Shown in pieces: positions 19,958 through 28,100 of a DNA stretch of 62,276 nt. The translations under genes were made by a program, and so were the position numbers. The notes under the pieces were generated by a model. The model was not told the origin of the DNA. It searched no databases and worked only from the letters and a program-made list of their open reading frames with translations. This DNA comes from Actinomycetes bacterium. GTDB taxonomy: Bacteria; Actinomycetota; Acidimicrobiia; IMCC26256; PALSA-610. Within the stretch, counting starts at the first letter, position 1. Every line of letters starts with the position of its first letter. The stretch spans positions 1-62,276 of the forward strand of contig JANNHK010000018.1 of NCBI GenBank assembly GCA_031404355.1, read 5' to 3'.

Positions 19958-20367
19958 CGCCGCGCCGAACTCGCCGAACTCGCCGAACTCGATGTGCCGG
20001 CTACGCCGGCAGCCTCGCTCCACGCGTCGCGCAACGGAGTCACGAGCGCTCGACACGCGGCGACTCGTGCCGGTTCCTTCGAGACGTTCGCGGCGACGAG
20101 TTCTCCGAGCACGTAGAGGTACAGGTCGGCGAGTTGCGGTGCCGCGGACCATGCGGTCACGTCGAGCGCGTCGTGGAGCGCGTGCACGATCTCCTGCGCG
20201 TGCACCAGCGCGTCGTGCGACGCCGCGTGGTCCTTCGCGGTGATCGCGTGCTCGGCCCGGTCGAGATCGAGCAGGAGCCGGTCGTAGAGCGCGACGATCA
20301 CGCGGCCGGGCGACATCGTTTCGAGGGCGTCGGTCCGGTATCGATCGCGAGATGCTGCGCTCGTCAA
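19954..20367 (-). CDS. fliS: Flagellar export chaperone FliS
   Basis: 'SPGRVIVALYDRLLLDLDRAEHAI...AHDALVHAQEIVHALHDALD...LADLYLYVLGELVAANV'. Confidence 0.85.
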   Translation of the reverse strand: MTSAASRDRYRTDALETMSPGRVIVALYDRLLLDLDRAEHAITAKDHAASHDALVHAQEIVHALHDALDVTAWSAAPQLADLYLYVLGELVAANVSKEPARVAACRALVTPLRDAWSEAAGVAGTSSSASSASSARR

Positions 20368-20395
20368 GGGAGTCCCTTCCCGCTGTCAGATTCCG

Positions 20396-22798
20396 TCACT
20401 GCTGGTTGCCGGTGAGGCCGGCGAGTTGACCACTGAGCCAGGTGCTCTGCGACTGCAAGAGGGAGAGCGAGGTCTCGAGGGCCGTGAACTGGCGCCGCAG
20501 CCGAGTCTCGAAGAGTTCGAGTCGGTGCTCCATCGACTCCACCTGGGCATCGATGAACTCCACTCGCGCCTTGAGCGTTGTCTCGCTCGACGTCAGGTAG
20601 CCCGCGACGGCGTCGGTGGCGTCGAACATCGCCGTACTGACCCGTTGGGCGACGCCCGGCTCGTACGTGAACGTGCCGAGCGCACCGGTCGCGGTGCCCG
20701 CGATCTGGAGCGACAACCCACCGAGGGTCGCGTCGTCGAACGCGATGCTGAGGAGTTGACCGGAACCGGTCGCGGCGACGCCGTCGATCGTTCCCGCGAC
20801 GTTCGTGCCCGCGTACGGCTCCCAGGTGCTGCCGTCCCATGCCACCTCGAAGTGGGCCGACGTCCCGTACTGCGTCGTCTTGATTTCGATGCCGATACCC
20901 GAGGTCGACGCCTCGAGCGCGAGCCCTCCGGTCGCGAACGCGGCATTCAACCCGTTGACCACGTCGGCCTGCAGGTCGCCGGGCTGCACCGCGTACGAGA
21001 CTTCGATCGTTCCGATCTTCGCCCGGACCGTGGGCGGCGCGCCGATGGGCCACGCGCCTTCGAGGCCGACGTCGGACGCCTGCGCGGCGGCAGTCGTGAT
21101 GTTGATGTCGTACGTGCCGGCTCGGGTCCGGTCGCCCGCGGAGATGAACGTCACGTTCGCATCGGTCGCGGAGCCGCCCTGCACGAAGAGCCGCGTCATG
21201 CCTTCTGGGTCGGCGTCGAACGCGGCGGTGAACTTCGAGCGGTCGAACGAGTACACGCCCGTTCGATCGACGGAGACGCCCGCCGCGCTGGCATTGCCCG
21301 GAGTCGCCCAGGGCGCGGCGTCGGAGATGGCCCGACTCGCCTCCGACAGGATCCGGCGCAGCACCGAGTCGCCCGTGAGGATCGACGCCTGCTTCGTCTC
21401 GGCGTTGTACTTGGTCGCGGCGTCGATCGCCTGCTTCGTGGCGTTGTAGGCGTCGACGACCTTTTGGACCCTGTCGGCGAGCGCGCCCGAGTCGCGGCTG
21501 GCGGTGATCGTCACGGCCGACGCCGTTGTCGTCTTGAGGGTCGCGGTGATCCCCGGCAGCAGGTTGGCAACCGTGTTCGTCGCCGACGTCACCTGGTACG
21601 AGCCGGGTCCGCTCCCGACGGTGATCATGGCGTCGGTCGCGGTGCTGAGGTCGACGAAACCGCCGAGGCCGGCCCCGAACTCCGATGCCGCGATGTTGGG
21701 ACCGGTGCCCGCTCCCGTCGCGTTCGCCGCGATCTGGAGCCGGTACGCGTTCGTGCCGACCTGCACCGCGCTCGCGACCAAGCCCGCCCCCGCCGCGTTG
21801 ATGTTCGCGACGACGACCGCGAGGCTGCCGTCGCCGACCGCCACGTTCTTCGCCGCGACCGTCCCGGTGCGCAAGCCGCCCGAGAAGGTCGCCGTCACCG
21901 TGCCGGCGGCCGCGGTCAGCACGGCCGTGCCCCCGGCTTCGATGCTCGACCAGGTTTCGATGCCCGCGGTACCGACTTGGGTCTTGCCGTCGGTCCCGAG
22001 GAGGGCCCCGACGTCGACGGAGAAGACGAGGGGCGAGACCGCGTTCCCGCCGGTCACCTGCAGCGTCGCGAGGCTGCCTTCGCGGTTGGTCGCGAGGGTG
22101 AGCTTGTTGGTCGCCTGGTCGACCCCGACACTGACGGCGGCGCCCGCGGTGTCGGCGGCGGCCTGGACCGCGGCTGCGAGTTGCGTACGGTCGTAGGTGC
22201 CGCTCGCGATCGTCAACACCTTGGCGACGCCGTTGACGTCGACGTTGAGTGTGTTGTTGGTGCCGTCGATGACGGTCGACGCGGCGAGCGCGCTGTCTCC
22301 GTTCTTGGTCGCGGCGGCGGAAGCTTGCGTGACGACGATGTTGTGGCTGCCGGTCGCGAGCGCGTCGTCGGATGCGAAGGTCGAGAAGCCGAGTTTCCCG
22401 CCGCCGGCCGCGACCAGGATCGCGGTATCGGCGTTCACGAGCGTGGTGGTGGCCGCGACCGTCGCGCCCGAGCGGATGCTGCCCGCGGCGGCGAGCGTGT
22501 TGACCGTGAACGAGAGCGTGCCGCCGAACGTGCCCGATCCGGACGACACGGTGACGGCGTCGGCGTTCGAGGTGGTTGCGGCCAGGGGGCGCCAGTCGAT
22601 CGATCGCGCCAGACCGGTCGTCGCGGTCTTGAACGCCGAGACTTGGGCCCGGATCGCGTCGTAGGCCGCGAGCCTCGCGCTGGCCGTTGTCCCGCGTGCC
22701 CTCACCATGCTCTGGGACCGGCGTTCGAGCGCGACCATCTGGGCGACGATCGCGTTCGTGTCGAGCCCGGACCCGAGGCCGGAGATCGACTGTGTCAC
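20396..22798 (-). CDS. fliD: Flagellar filament capping protein FliD (hook-associated protein 2), unusually long (800 aa)
   Basis: 'ISGLGSGLDTNAIVAQMVALERR' at the N-terminus and a C-terminal coiled coil, '...RLRRQFTALETSLSLLQSQSTWL'. AAGGAG lies upstream of the GTG at 22798. Confidence 0.85.
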   Translation of the reverse strand: MTQSISGLGSGLDTNAIVAQMVALERRSQSMVRARGTTASARLAAYDAIRAQVSAFKTATTGLARSIDWRPLAATTSNADAVTVSSGSGTFGGTLSFTVNTLAAAGSIRSGATVAATTTLVNADTAILVAAGGGKLGFSTFASDDALATGSHNIVVTQASAAATKNGDSALAASTVIDGTNNTLNVDVNGVAKVLTIASGTYDRTQLAAAVQAAADTAGAAVSVGVDQATNKLTLATNREGSLATLQVTGGNAVSPLVFSVDVGALLGTDGKTQVGTAGIETWSSIEAGGTAVLTAAAGTVTATFSGGLRTGTVAAKNVAVGDGSLAVVVANINAAGAGLVASAVQVGTNAYRLQIAANATGAGTGPNIAASEFGAGLGGFVDLSTATDAMITVGSGPGSYQVTSATNTVANLLPGITATLKTTTASAVTITASRDSGALADRVQKVVDAYNATKQAIDAATKYNAETKQASILTGDSVLRRILSEASRAISDAAPWATPGNASAAGVSVDRTGVYSFDRSKFTAAFDADPEGMTRLFVQGGSATDANVTFISAGDRTRAGTYDINITTAAAQASDVGLEGAWPIGAPPTVRAKIGTIEVSYAVQPGDLQADVVNGLNAAFATGGLALEASTSGIGIEIKTTQYGTSAHFEVAWDGSTWEPYAGTNVAGTIDGVAATGSGQLLSIAFDDATLGGLSLQIAGTATGALGTFTYEPGVAQRVSTAMFDATDAVAGYLTSSETTLKARVEFIDAQVESMEHRLELFETRLRRQFTALETSLSLLQSQSTWLSGQLAGLTGNQQ

Positions 22799-22864
22799 GC
22801 TGTGCTCCTTTCGCCGGCCCGGCCCTCGAGGCAGCGGCGCCCATCGGCGCCGATCCCCCGAAGG

Positions 22865-22889
22865 GTGGGGGAGGCATCACCTCCCCCAC
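22865..22889 (-). terminator. Stem-loop downstream of flagellin gene 1 (10-bp GC stem)
   Basis: The arms gtgggggagg and cctcccccac flank a 5-nt loop, between the fliC stop (22910) and the fliD start (22798). Confidence 0.5.
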
Positions 22890-22909
22890 TCAATCGGACG
22901 TTCTCCCGG

Positions 22910-24124
22910 TTACTGGAGGAGCCGCAGGATCGACTGCGGTGCCGCGTTCGCCTGGGCGAGCATGGCGGTGCCGGCCTGGAGGAGGATCTGGTGGCGGGTG
23001 AAGCTCACCATCTCCAGGGCCATGTCGGTGTCTCGGATCCGGGATTCGGATGCCGTGACGTTCTCCGTGATGTTCTGGAGGTTGGCGACGGTTGTCTCGA
23101 ACCGGTTCTGGGTGGCGCCCAGGCGGCCCCGGACGGTTGTCAATGCCGTGATGGCGGCGTCGGCGAGGAGGCCGGCCGTGACATGACTCGCCGTGTCGGT
23201 GACGTCGATGCCCGACAGTGCCATGAACGCTCCGACCGTGCCGGACGTGATGCGGATGTCGTCGATCGACACCGCGATCTGGTTGGTCGTGTTGACGTTG
23301 GCGCCGACTTGGAACACGCCGCCGGTGCTCGGGGTGAGTGACACCGAGCCGGTGGTGATGATCGATACGCCGGTGCCCCGGTTGGAAATCGTGATCTTGG
23401 TGCCCGCCGATGTGGAGTTCCGGACGATCTCGGTCGACCAGACACCGTTGCTCAGGTCCCGGACCGTGGCGGTGACGGTGCCGGTGAAGCCGGCGGTCAG
23501 GGCCGCACTGATCCTGGTCTGGAGTTCGGTCGCGTACGACGCCGCGGTGACGTAGGTCCCGGTGGTGAGCGTGACGGTCACCGACAAGCTGTTCCCGGAA
23601 GCGTTGTCGACGGTGAGGTCGAACGTGACGCTGGCGCTGCCGACGAGGGCACCGGCCGCGAGGCCGACCGAGGTGTCGATCTTGCGGGCCGACTGGGCAC
23701 CGAACGATCCGTTCAACAGCACCTGGGACCCGAACGTGGTCGTGAGCCCGATCCGGTCGATCTCGGAGCGGAGTTGCACGATCTCGTTCTGGGCCGCGGT
23801 GCGGGCGGCCGAGTCGGACGACGCCGTGTTGGCCGACTGCACGATGAGGTCGCGAATACGGCCCAGCATCGTCTGGACTTCGGTCAGTGCACCTTCTGCG
23901 GTCTGCACCACCGACACGCCGTCTTGGGCGTTGCGGGTGGCCTGACGCAGACCTGACACCTGGGCCCGCAGGCCCTGGCTGATGACCAGGCCCGACGCGT
24001 CGTCGGCGGCCCGGTTGATGCGATACCCGGACGAGAGCTTCTCGAGGCTCTTGCCGAGCACACCTTGCGTCATTGTGAGGTTTCGGTAGGCGTTGAACGC
24101 CATGATGTTCTGGTTAATGCGCAT
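22910..24124 (-). CDS. fliC: Flagellin (404 aa), copy 1
   Basis: The start was moved to the 'MRINQNIMAFNAYRNL' ATG at 24124 (GGAGGAG upstream). Conserved flagellin N- and C-termini are present ('...LAQANAAPQSILRLLQ'). Confidence 0.95.
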   Translation of the reverse strand: MRINQNIMAFNAYRNLTMTQGVLGKSLEKLSSGYRINRAADDASGLVISQGLRAQVSGLRQATRNAQDGVSVVQTAEGALTEVQTMLGRIRDLIVQSANTASSDSAARTAAQNEIVQLRSEIDRIGLTTTFGSQVLLNGSFGAQSARKIDTSVGLAAGALVGSASVTFDLTVDNASGNSLSVTVTLTTGTYVTAASYATELQTRISAALTAGFTGTVTATVRDLSNGVWSTEIVRNSTSAGTKITISNRGTGVSIITTGSVSLTPSTGGVFQVGANVNTTNQIAVSIDDIRITSGTVGAFMALSGIDVTDTASHVTAGLLADAAITALTTVRGRLGATQNRFETTVANLQNITENVTASESRIRDTDMALEMVSFTRHQILLQAGTAMLAQANAAPQSILRLLQ

Positions 24125-24150
24125 GTGCGCGTCTCCTCCATGAAGTAGGC

Positions 24151-24175
24151 AACGGACCCAATCCGTAGGTCCGTT
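24151..24175 (-). promoter_or_regulatory. Candidate CsrA-binding hairpin in the flagellin-1 5' leader
   Basis: The minus-strand RNA is aacggacc-UACGGAUUG-ggtccgtt, an 8-bp stem with GGA in the loop. A second GGA overlaps the SD (cauGGAGGAGac). Confidence 0.45.
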
Positions 24176-24387
24176 CTTTGAGCGGGCGCCCCCGTACTCA
24201 CTGTGAGTGAGTCGGCAGCGCTCGTGTTTTCGGCGCCGTGGCCACCGTGCTGTAGGCCGAGCGGCCCATTTCACGTTTTTGCCTACGGATCGCCCCGGGC
24301 CTGCCGACGCACGCCCCCGCCGCACGCCCAGGGCCGGCGGGGCCCTTGGGCGGGGGGAGGTGGCGAACCCGACGACCGGGCGCGCGA

Positions 24388-24418
24388 GATCGGGGCGGGC
24401 CCAAGGCCCGCCCCGATC
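24388..24418 (-). terminator. Perfect 14-bp GC-rich hairpin downstream of flagellin gene 2
   Basis: gatcggggcgggcc-caa-ggcccgccccgatc, about 50 nt past the stop at 24466. Confidence 0.55.
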
Positions 24419-24465
24419 AGCCGCTACGGCCCGCCCGCTTCGGTGCTTACTGCCTGCTCGGTTTC

Positions 24466-25680
24466 TTATTGGAGGAGACGCAGGACCGCCTGCGGTGCCG
24501 CGTTCGCCTGGGCGAGCATGGCGGTGCCGGCCTGGAGGAGGATCTGGTGGCGGGTGAACTCCACCATCTCCAGGGCCATGTCGGTGTCTCGGATCCGGGA
24601 TTCTGATGCCGCGATGTTCTCGGTGATGTTCTGGAGGTTGGCGATCGTCGCCTCGAACCGGTTTTGGACGGCGCCGAGTTTGCCCCGGAAGCTCGAGGTT
24701 TCCGTGACGGCGGCGTCGATGAGCAACCCCGCCGCGATGTGGCTCGACGTGTTGGTGACGTCGATGCCCGACAGTGCCGTGAAGACGCCCATCGTGCCGC
24801 TGGTGATGCGGATGTCGTCGATCATCAACGTGATCTGGTTGACCGTGTTGACGTTGGCGCCGACTTGGAACACGCCGCCGCTACCGGGGGTGAGTGCCAC
24901 CGAGCCGGTGGTGATGATCGATACGCCGGTGCCCCGGTTCGCGATCGTGATCTTGGTGCCCGCCGATGTGGAGTTCCGGACGATCTCGGTCGACCAGACA
25001 CCGTTGCTCAGGTCCCGGACGAAGGCGGTGACGGTGCCGGTGAAACCGGCGGTGAGCGCCGCGCTGATCCTGGTCTGCAGCTCGGTCTGGTACGACGCCG
25101 CAGTGACGTAGGTACCGGTGACCAGCGTGACGGTGACCGAGAGGCTGTTCCCGGAACCGTTGTCGACGGTGAGGTCGAACGTGACGCTGGCGCTGCCGAC
25201 GAGGACACCGGCCGCGAGGCCGGTCGCGACGTCGGTCTTGCGGGCCGCCTGGGCACCGAACGAACCGTTCAACAGCACCTGGGCACCGAACGAGGTCGTG
25301 TTCCCGATCCGGTCGATCTCGGCACGGAGTTGCACGATCTCGTTCTGGGCCGCGGTGCGGGCGGCCGAGTCGGACGACGCCGTGTTGGCCGCCTGCACGA
25401 TGAGGTCGCGCATACGGCCCAGCATGTTCTGGACTTCGGTCAGTGCACCTTCTGCGGTCTGCGTCACCGAGACGCCGTCTTGGGCGTTGCGGCTGGCTTG
25501 ACGCAGACCCGACACCTGGGCCCGGAGGCCCTGGCTGATGACCAGACCCGACGCGTCGTCGGCGGCCCGGTTGATGCGGTAACCCGACGAGAGCTTCTCG
25601 AGGCTCTTCCCCAGGCTGCCCTGCGTCATCGTAAGGTTTCGGTAGGCGTTGAACGCCATGATGTTCTGATTGATGCGCAT
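24466..25680 (-). CDS. fliC: Flagellin (404 aa), copy 2
   Basis: It has the same length as copy 1 and near-identical termini. Substitutions are scattered across the protein, with somewhat more in the middle and C-proximal part. Confidence 0.95.
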   Translation of the reverse strand: MRINQNIMAFNAYRNLTMTQGSLGKSLEKLSSGYRINRAADDASGLVISQGLRAQVSGLRQASRNAQDGVSVTQTAEGALTEVQNMLGRMRDLIVQAANTASSDSAARTAAQNEIVQLRAEIDRIGNTTSFGAQVLLNGSFGAQAARKTDVATGLAAGVLVGSASVTFDLTVDNGSGNSLSVTVTLVTGTYVTAASYQTELQTRISAALTAGFTGTVTAFVRDLSNGVWSTEIVRNSTSAGTKITIANRGTGVSIITTGSVALTPGSGGVFQVGANVNTVNQITLMIDDIRITSGTMGVFTALSGIDVTNTSSHIAAGLLIDAAVTETSSFRGKLGAVQNRFEATIANLQNITENIAASESRIRDTDMALEMVEFTRHQILLQAGTAMLAQANAAPQAVLRLLQ

Positions 25681-25807
25681 CTGCGCGTCTCCTCCGTGAT
25701 GTCCGCAGCCCGACTTTCGTCGGACCCCGACTCCGTCGGCGTGTGCGGTTCGCCTACTTGCTCTGGGACCTGTTCGACCGGAGCACGCGCCGGATTAGGA
25801 GTTCGGA

Positions 25808-26692
25808 TCAGGAATGTGTGCGCCCGCCGGCGATCGCCACCGGCTGGCTCTCCGGCAGCGGCCGGTCCGACACGCGCGACCGGTAGTCGGACCCGGCGGC
25901 GACGGCGGCGTAGTAGGCGACCTTGCGCCGGGCCACGCGCCCGTTGGGCCTGGCCTCCGGCGCGACCGCGCTCGGCTCGAGCTGAGAGTTGATGCCGTCG
26001 CGCAGCAGGGCGAGGGCCTCGGCGCGGAGTTGCGAGACGCGCGACTCACTGACGCCGAGCTCGTCGGCAATCTCCTGCATCGAGCGCTCCTCGAAGAAGT
26101 ACTGCACCACGACGTGGCGCAGACGTTCGGGGAGCGCCTCGATCGAGTCGATGAGGTACGCCTTGCGTTCGCGGTCGAGGATCGTGTCCTCGGGCCCGTC
26201 GCCGTGGATGGCGAGGAACGACTCGGCGTCGCCGTCGAGCACGAGCGACTCGTAGTTCAGCACCGTCGCGCGGTGTACGTCGTCGACGAGTTTGTGCACC
26301 GTCTCGATCGGGACGCCGAGCGCGCCTGCCACTTCTTCCTGCGTCGGTGCGCGGCCCAGCCGGTTGGTGAGTTCTTCGCCCGTGGCTTGTAACCCGCGGG
26401 CGCGTGAGCGCACCGACCGGCTCGCCCAGTCGCGGCCGCGCAACTCGTCGAGCAGCGCGCCGCGGATACGGGTCGAGGCGAAGCGGTCGAACGCGATACC
26501 GCGTTCGGGGTCGAAGCTGCGGGCGGCCTGGGCGAGGCCCAGCATCCCCGCGCTCACGAGATCGCTGCGGCTGACATGGTTTGGTACCCGGTGCGCGATC
26601 TCCGAAACGACGTATTGCACCAACGGAAGGTGCGCACGGACCAGCCGGTCCTCGTTGGCTGCCCGTTCCAGGTCGATGGTCTTGGTCTTCAT
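25808..26692 (-). CDS. fliA: FliA/WhiG-family (sigma-28) RNA polymerase sigma factor with a ~55-aa C-terminal extension
   Basis: Region 2 'LVRAHLPLVQYVVSEIAHRV...DLVSAGMLGLAQAARSFDPERGIAFDRFASTRIRGALLDELR'. Region 4 'SMQEIADELGVSESRVSQLRAEAL'. Confidence 0.9.
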   Translation of the reverse strand: MKTKTIDLERAANEDRLVRAHLPLVQYVVSEIAHRVPNHVSRSDLVSAGMLGLAQAARSFDPERGIAFDRFASTRIRGALLDELRGRDWASRSVRSRARGLQATGEELTNRLGRAPTQEEVAGALGVPIETVHKLVDDVHRATVLNYESLVLDGDAESFLAIHGDGPEDTILDRERKAYLIDSIEALPERLRHVVVQYFFEERSMQEIADELGVSESRVSQLRAEALALLRDGINSQLEPSAVAPEARPNGRVARRKVAYYAAVAAGSDYRSRVSDRPLPESQPVAIAGGRTHS

Positions 26693-26756
26693 GAGTTGCC
26701 CCCCGCAGGATGATCGTTCGGGCGTGGTACTCGACCGATTCCGTATTGCGCCTTGA

Positions 26757-26772
26757 TCAACCCCAGGGTTGA
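26757..26772. promoter_or_regulatory. Inverted repeat in the divergent fliA / LuxR-regulator intergenic region
   Basis: TCAACCC-CA-GGGTTGA sits in the most AT-rich stretch of the intergenic region. Confidence 0.25.
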
Positions 26773-26865
26773 AGTTTGGTACCGCATACCGTGGTGCCCG
26801 TACCGCGATGAGAGGTAATGGGAGGTATGGTGTCCCGGTCCGGGGGACGGGGAGGAAACGGGAAC

Positions 26866-27498
26866 GTGGACAGTCGCACCCACGCGGTCATCGTCGACGA
26901 GCTGCCGCTGGCGCGCACGGGAATGGCAGCCGTGCTGCGTGACCTGGGCTTCGAGCTGTTGAGCGAGACCCATTCGGGCCGGGAGGCAGCCGCCATCGCG
27001 GCCATCGACTCGCCCGCCCTCGTCGTTGTCGGCGCCGCTACCGACATCACCTCCGTCGAGACCGCGCGCCGGGTCATGCGCGTGCGGCCGGTTCCGGCGG
27101 TCATCGTGTTGGTGCCTCCCGCCGCGGAGCAGCCGGTCGGCTACCTGCTCGCACTCGGCATACGCGGCGTCGTGCTGCGCAGTGGTCCGCCCGACGACTT
27201 CGCGACGGCGGTCGAAGCAGTCATGAAGGGCACCCAGTACGTCGCCCCGGGCTTGCATCGCTCGCTCGCGGGGTCGGTGCAACCCAAGGCGGCCGGCGCC
27301 GACCACGGCCTGACGGCCCGGGAGCGAGAGGTGCTCGCCTTCCTCGCCGAGGGCCGATCAAACCGCGAGATCGCCGCCGCGCTCTCTGTGACGCTCGCCA
27401 CCGTGAAGTCGCACCTCGTGCGCATCTACGCCAAGTTGGGTGCGACCAACCGCAACGAGGCCCTCGGCAAGGCTGTTTCCCTCGGCCTGTTGGGCTGA
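26866..27498 (+). CDS. NarL/LuxR-family regulator with an atypical (probably non-phosphorylatable) receiver domain
   Basis: The start was moved to the GTG at 26866 (GGGAGGAAA upstream). The C-terminal HTH is 'LTAREREVLAFLAEGRSNREIAAALSVTLATVKSHLVRIYAKLG'. The receiver reads 'PALVVVGAATD' where 'PDVVLMDLxMP' is expected. Confidence 0.8.
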   Translation: MDSRTHAVIVDELPLARTGMAAVLRDLGFELLSETHSGREAAAIAAIDSPALVVVGAATDITSVETARRVMRVRPVPAVIVLVPPAAEQPVGYLLALGIRGVVLRSGPPDDFATAVEAVMKGTQYVAPGLHRSLAGSVQPKAAGADHGLTAREREVLAFLAEGRSNREIAAALSVTLATVKSHLVRIYAKLGATNRNEALGKAVSLGLLG

Positions 27499-27550
27499 AC
27501 CGCCCGCGCACCGGGTGCCCTTCCGTTACTTGCGCCACACCTCCGACCCC

Positions 27551-27578
27551 TTCACAAACGCGCGGGCCAGGCCGATGA
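27551..27578 (+). promoter_or_regulatory. Candidate sigma-28-type promoter for flgN-flgK-flgL-fliW-csrA
   Basis: TCAC-N15-GCCGATGA. The -10 octamer is identical to those at 17125-17132 and 17204-17211. It lies 34 nt upstream of the flgN ATG. Confidence 0.4.
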
Positions 27579-27612
27579 GTAGGGACGGAATCCGAAGGAC
27601 GAGGTCACGTCG

Positions 27613-28098
27613 ATGTCGCTCTCTGACGTATCGAACATCTTGTGGCGCGAGCGCCAGCTCCTCGAACTCCTCGTGTTCAAACTCGAGGAGGAGCAGCTCG
27701 TCCTCGCGGCCGGTCGCAACAAGTGGCTGGCGCATGCCACGAGAGAGGTCGAGACCGTTCTCGACGAGATCAAGCGCGTCGAACTCGAGCGCAGCATCGC
27801 CGTCTCCGAACTCGGTCGCGAGATGGAGCTGTCGAACGCCCCGAGCCTGACCGAACTCTCCACCGTCGCGGAGCCGCCGTGGGACGGCATCTTCGCCGAA
27901 CACCGCCGCGCGCTCATGACGCTCGCGCAAGAGATCGACAGCGTCGCGAAGTCGAATCGCGATCTGCTCCTGCGCGGCCAGCAAGCGACGCGGGAGACGC
28001 TGACCGCAATGGGCGAGATCGATATCGAGGCCTACAACGCCAGCGGCGCCGTCACCGACCGCACCCTCGCCCTTCGCCTCGTCGACGAGGCGATATAG
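27613..28098 (+). CDS. flgN: Flagellar chaperone FlgN-family protein
   Basis: 'NILWRERQLLELLVFKLEEEQLVLAAG' is an FlgN-like helical protein. It sits immediately upstream of flgK. Confidence 0.75.
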   Translation: MSLSDVSNILWRERQLLELLVFKLEEEQLVLAAGRNKWLAHATREVETVLDEIKRVELERSIAVSELGREMELSNAPSLTELSTVAEPPWDGIFAEHRRALMTLAQEIDSVAKSNRDLLLRGQQATRETLTAMGEIDIEAYNASGAVTDRTLALRLVDEAI

Positions 28099-28100
28099 CA

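Noticed and set aside
20364-23341. 841-aa (-) and 971-aa (+) ORFs overlapping fliD and flagellin 1.
   Set aside because: They are alternative-frame or antisense artefacts. The fliD frame (20396-22798) carries the recognisable HAP2 termini.
24176-24387. Attempt to place a canonical TAAA-N15-GCCGATAA promoter upstream of flagellin 1, and likewise at 25681-25807 for flagellin 2.
   Set aside because: Only partial -10-like boxes are present (GCCGACTC, GCCGACGG), with wrong -35 spacing. An alternative, TAAT-N15-GTCGAACA, is also weak. This is not good enough to annotate as a feature.
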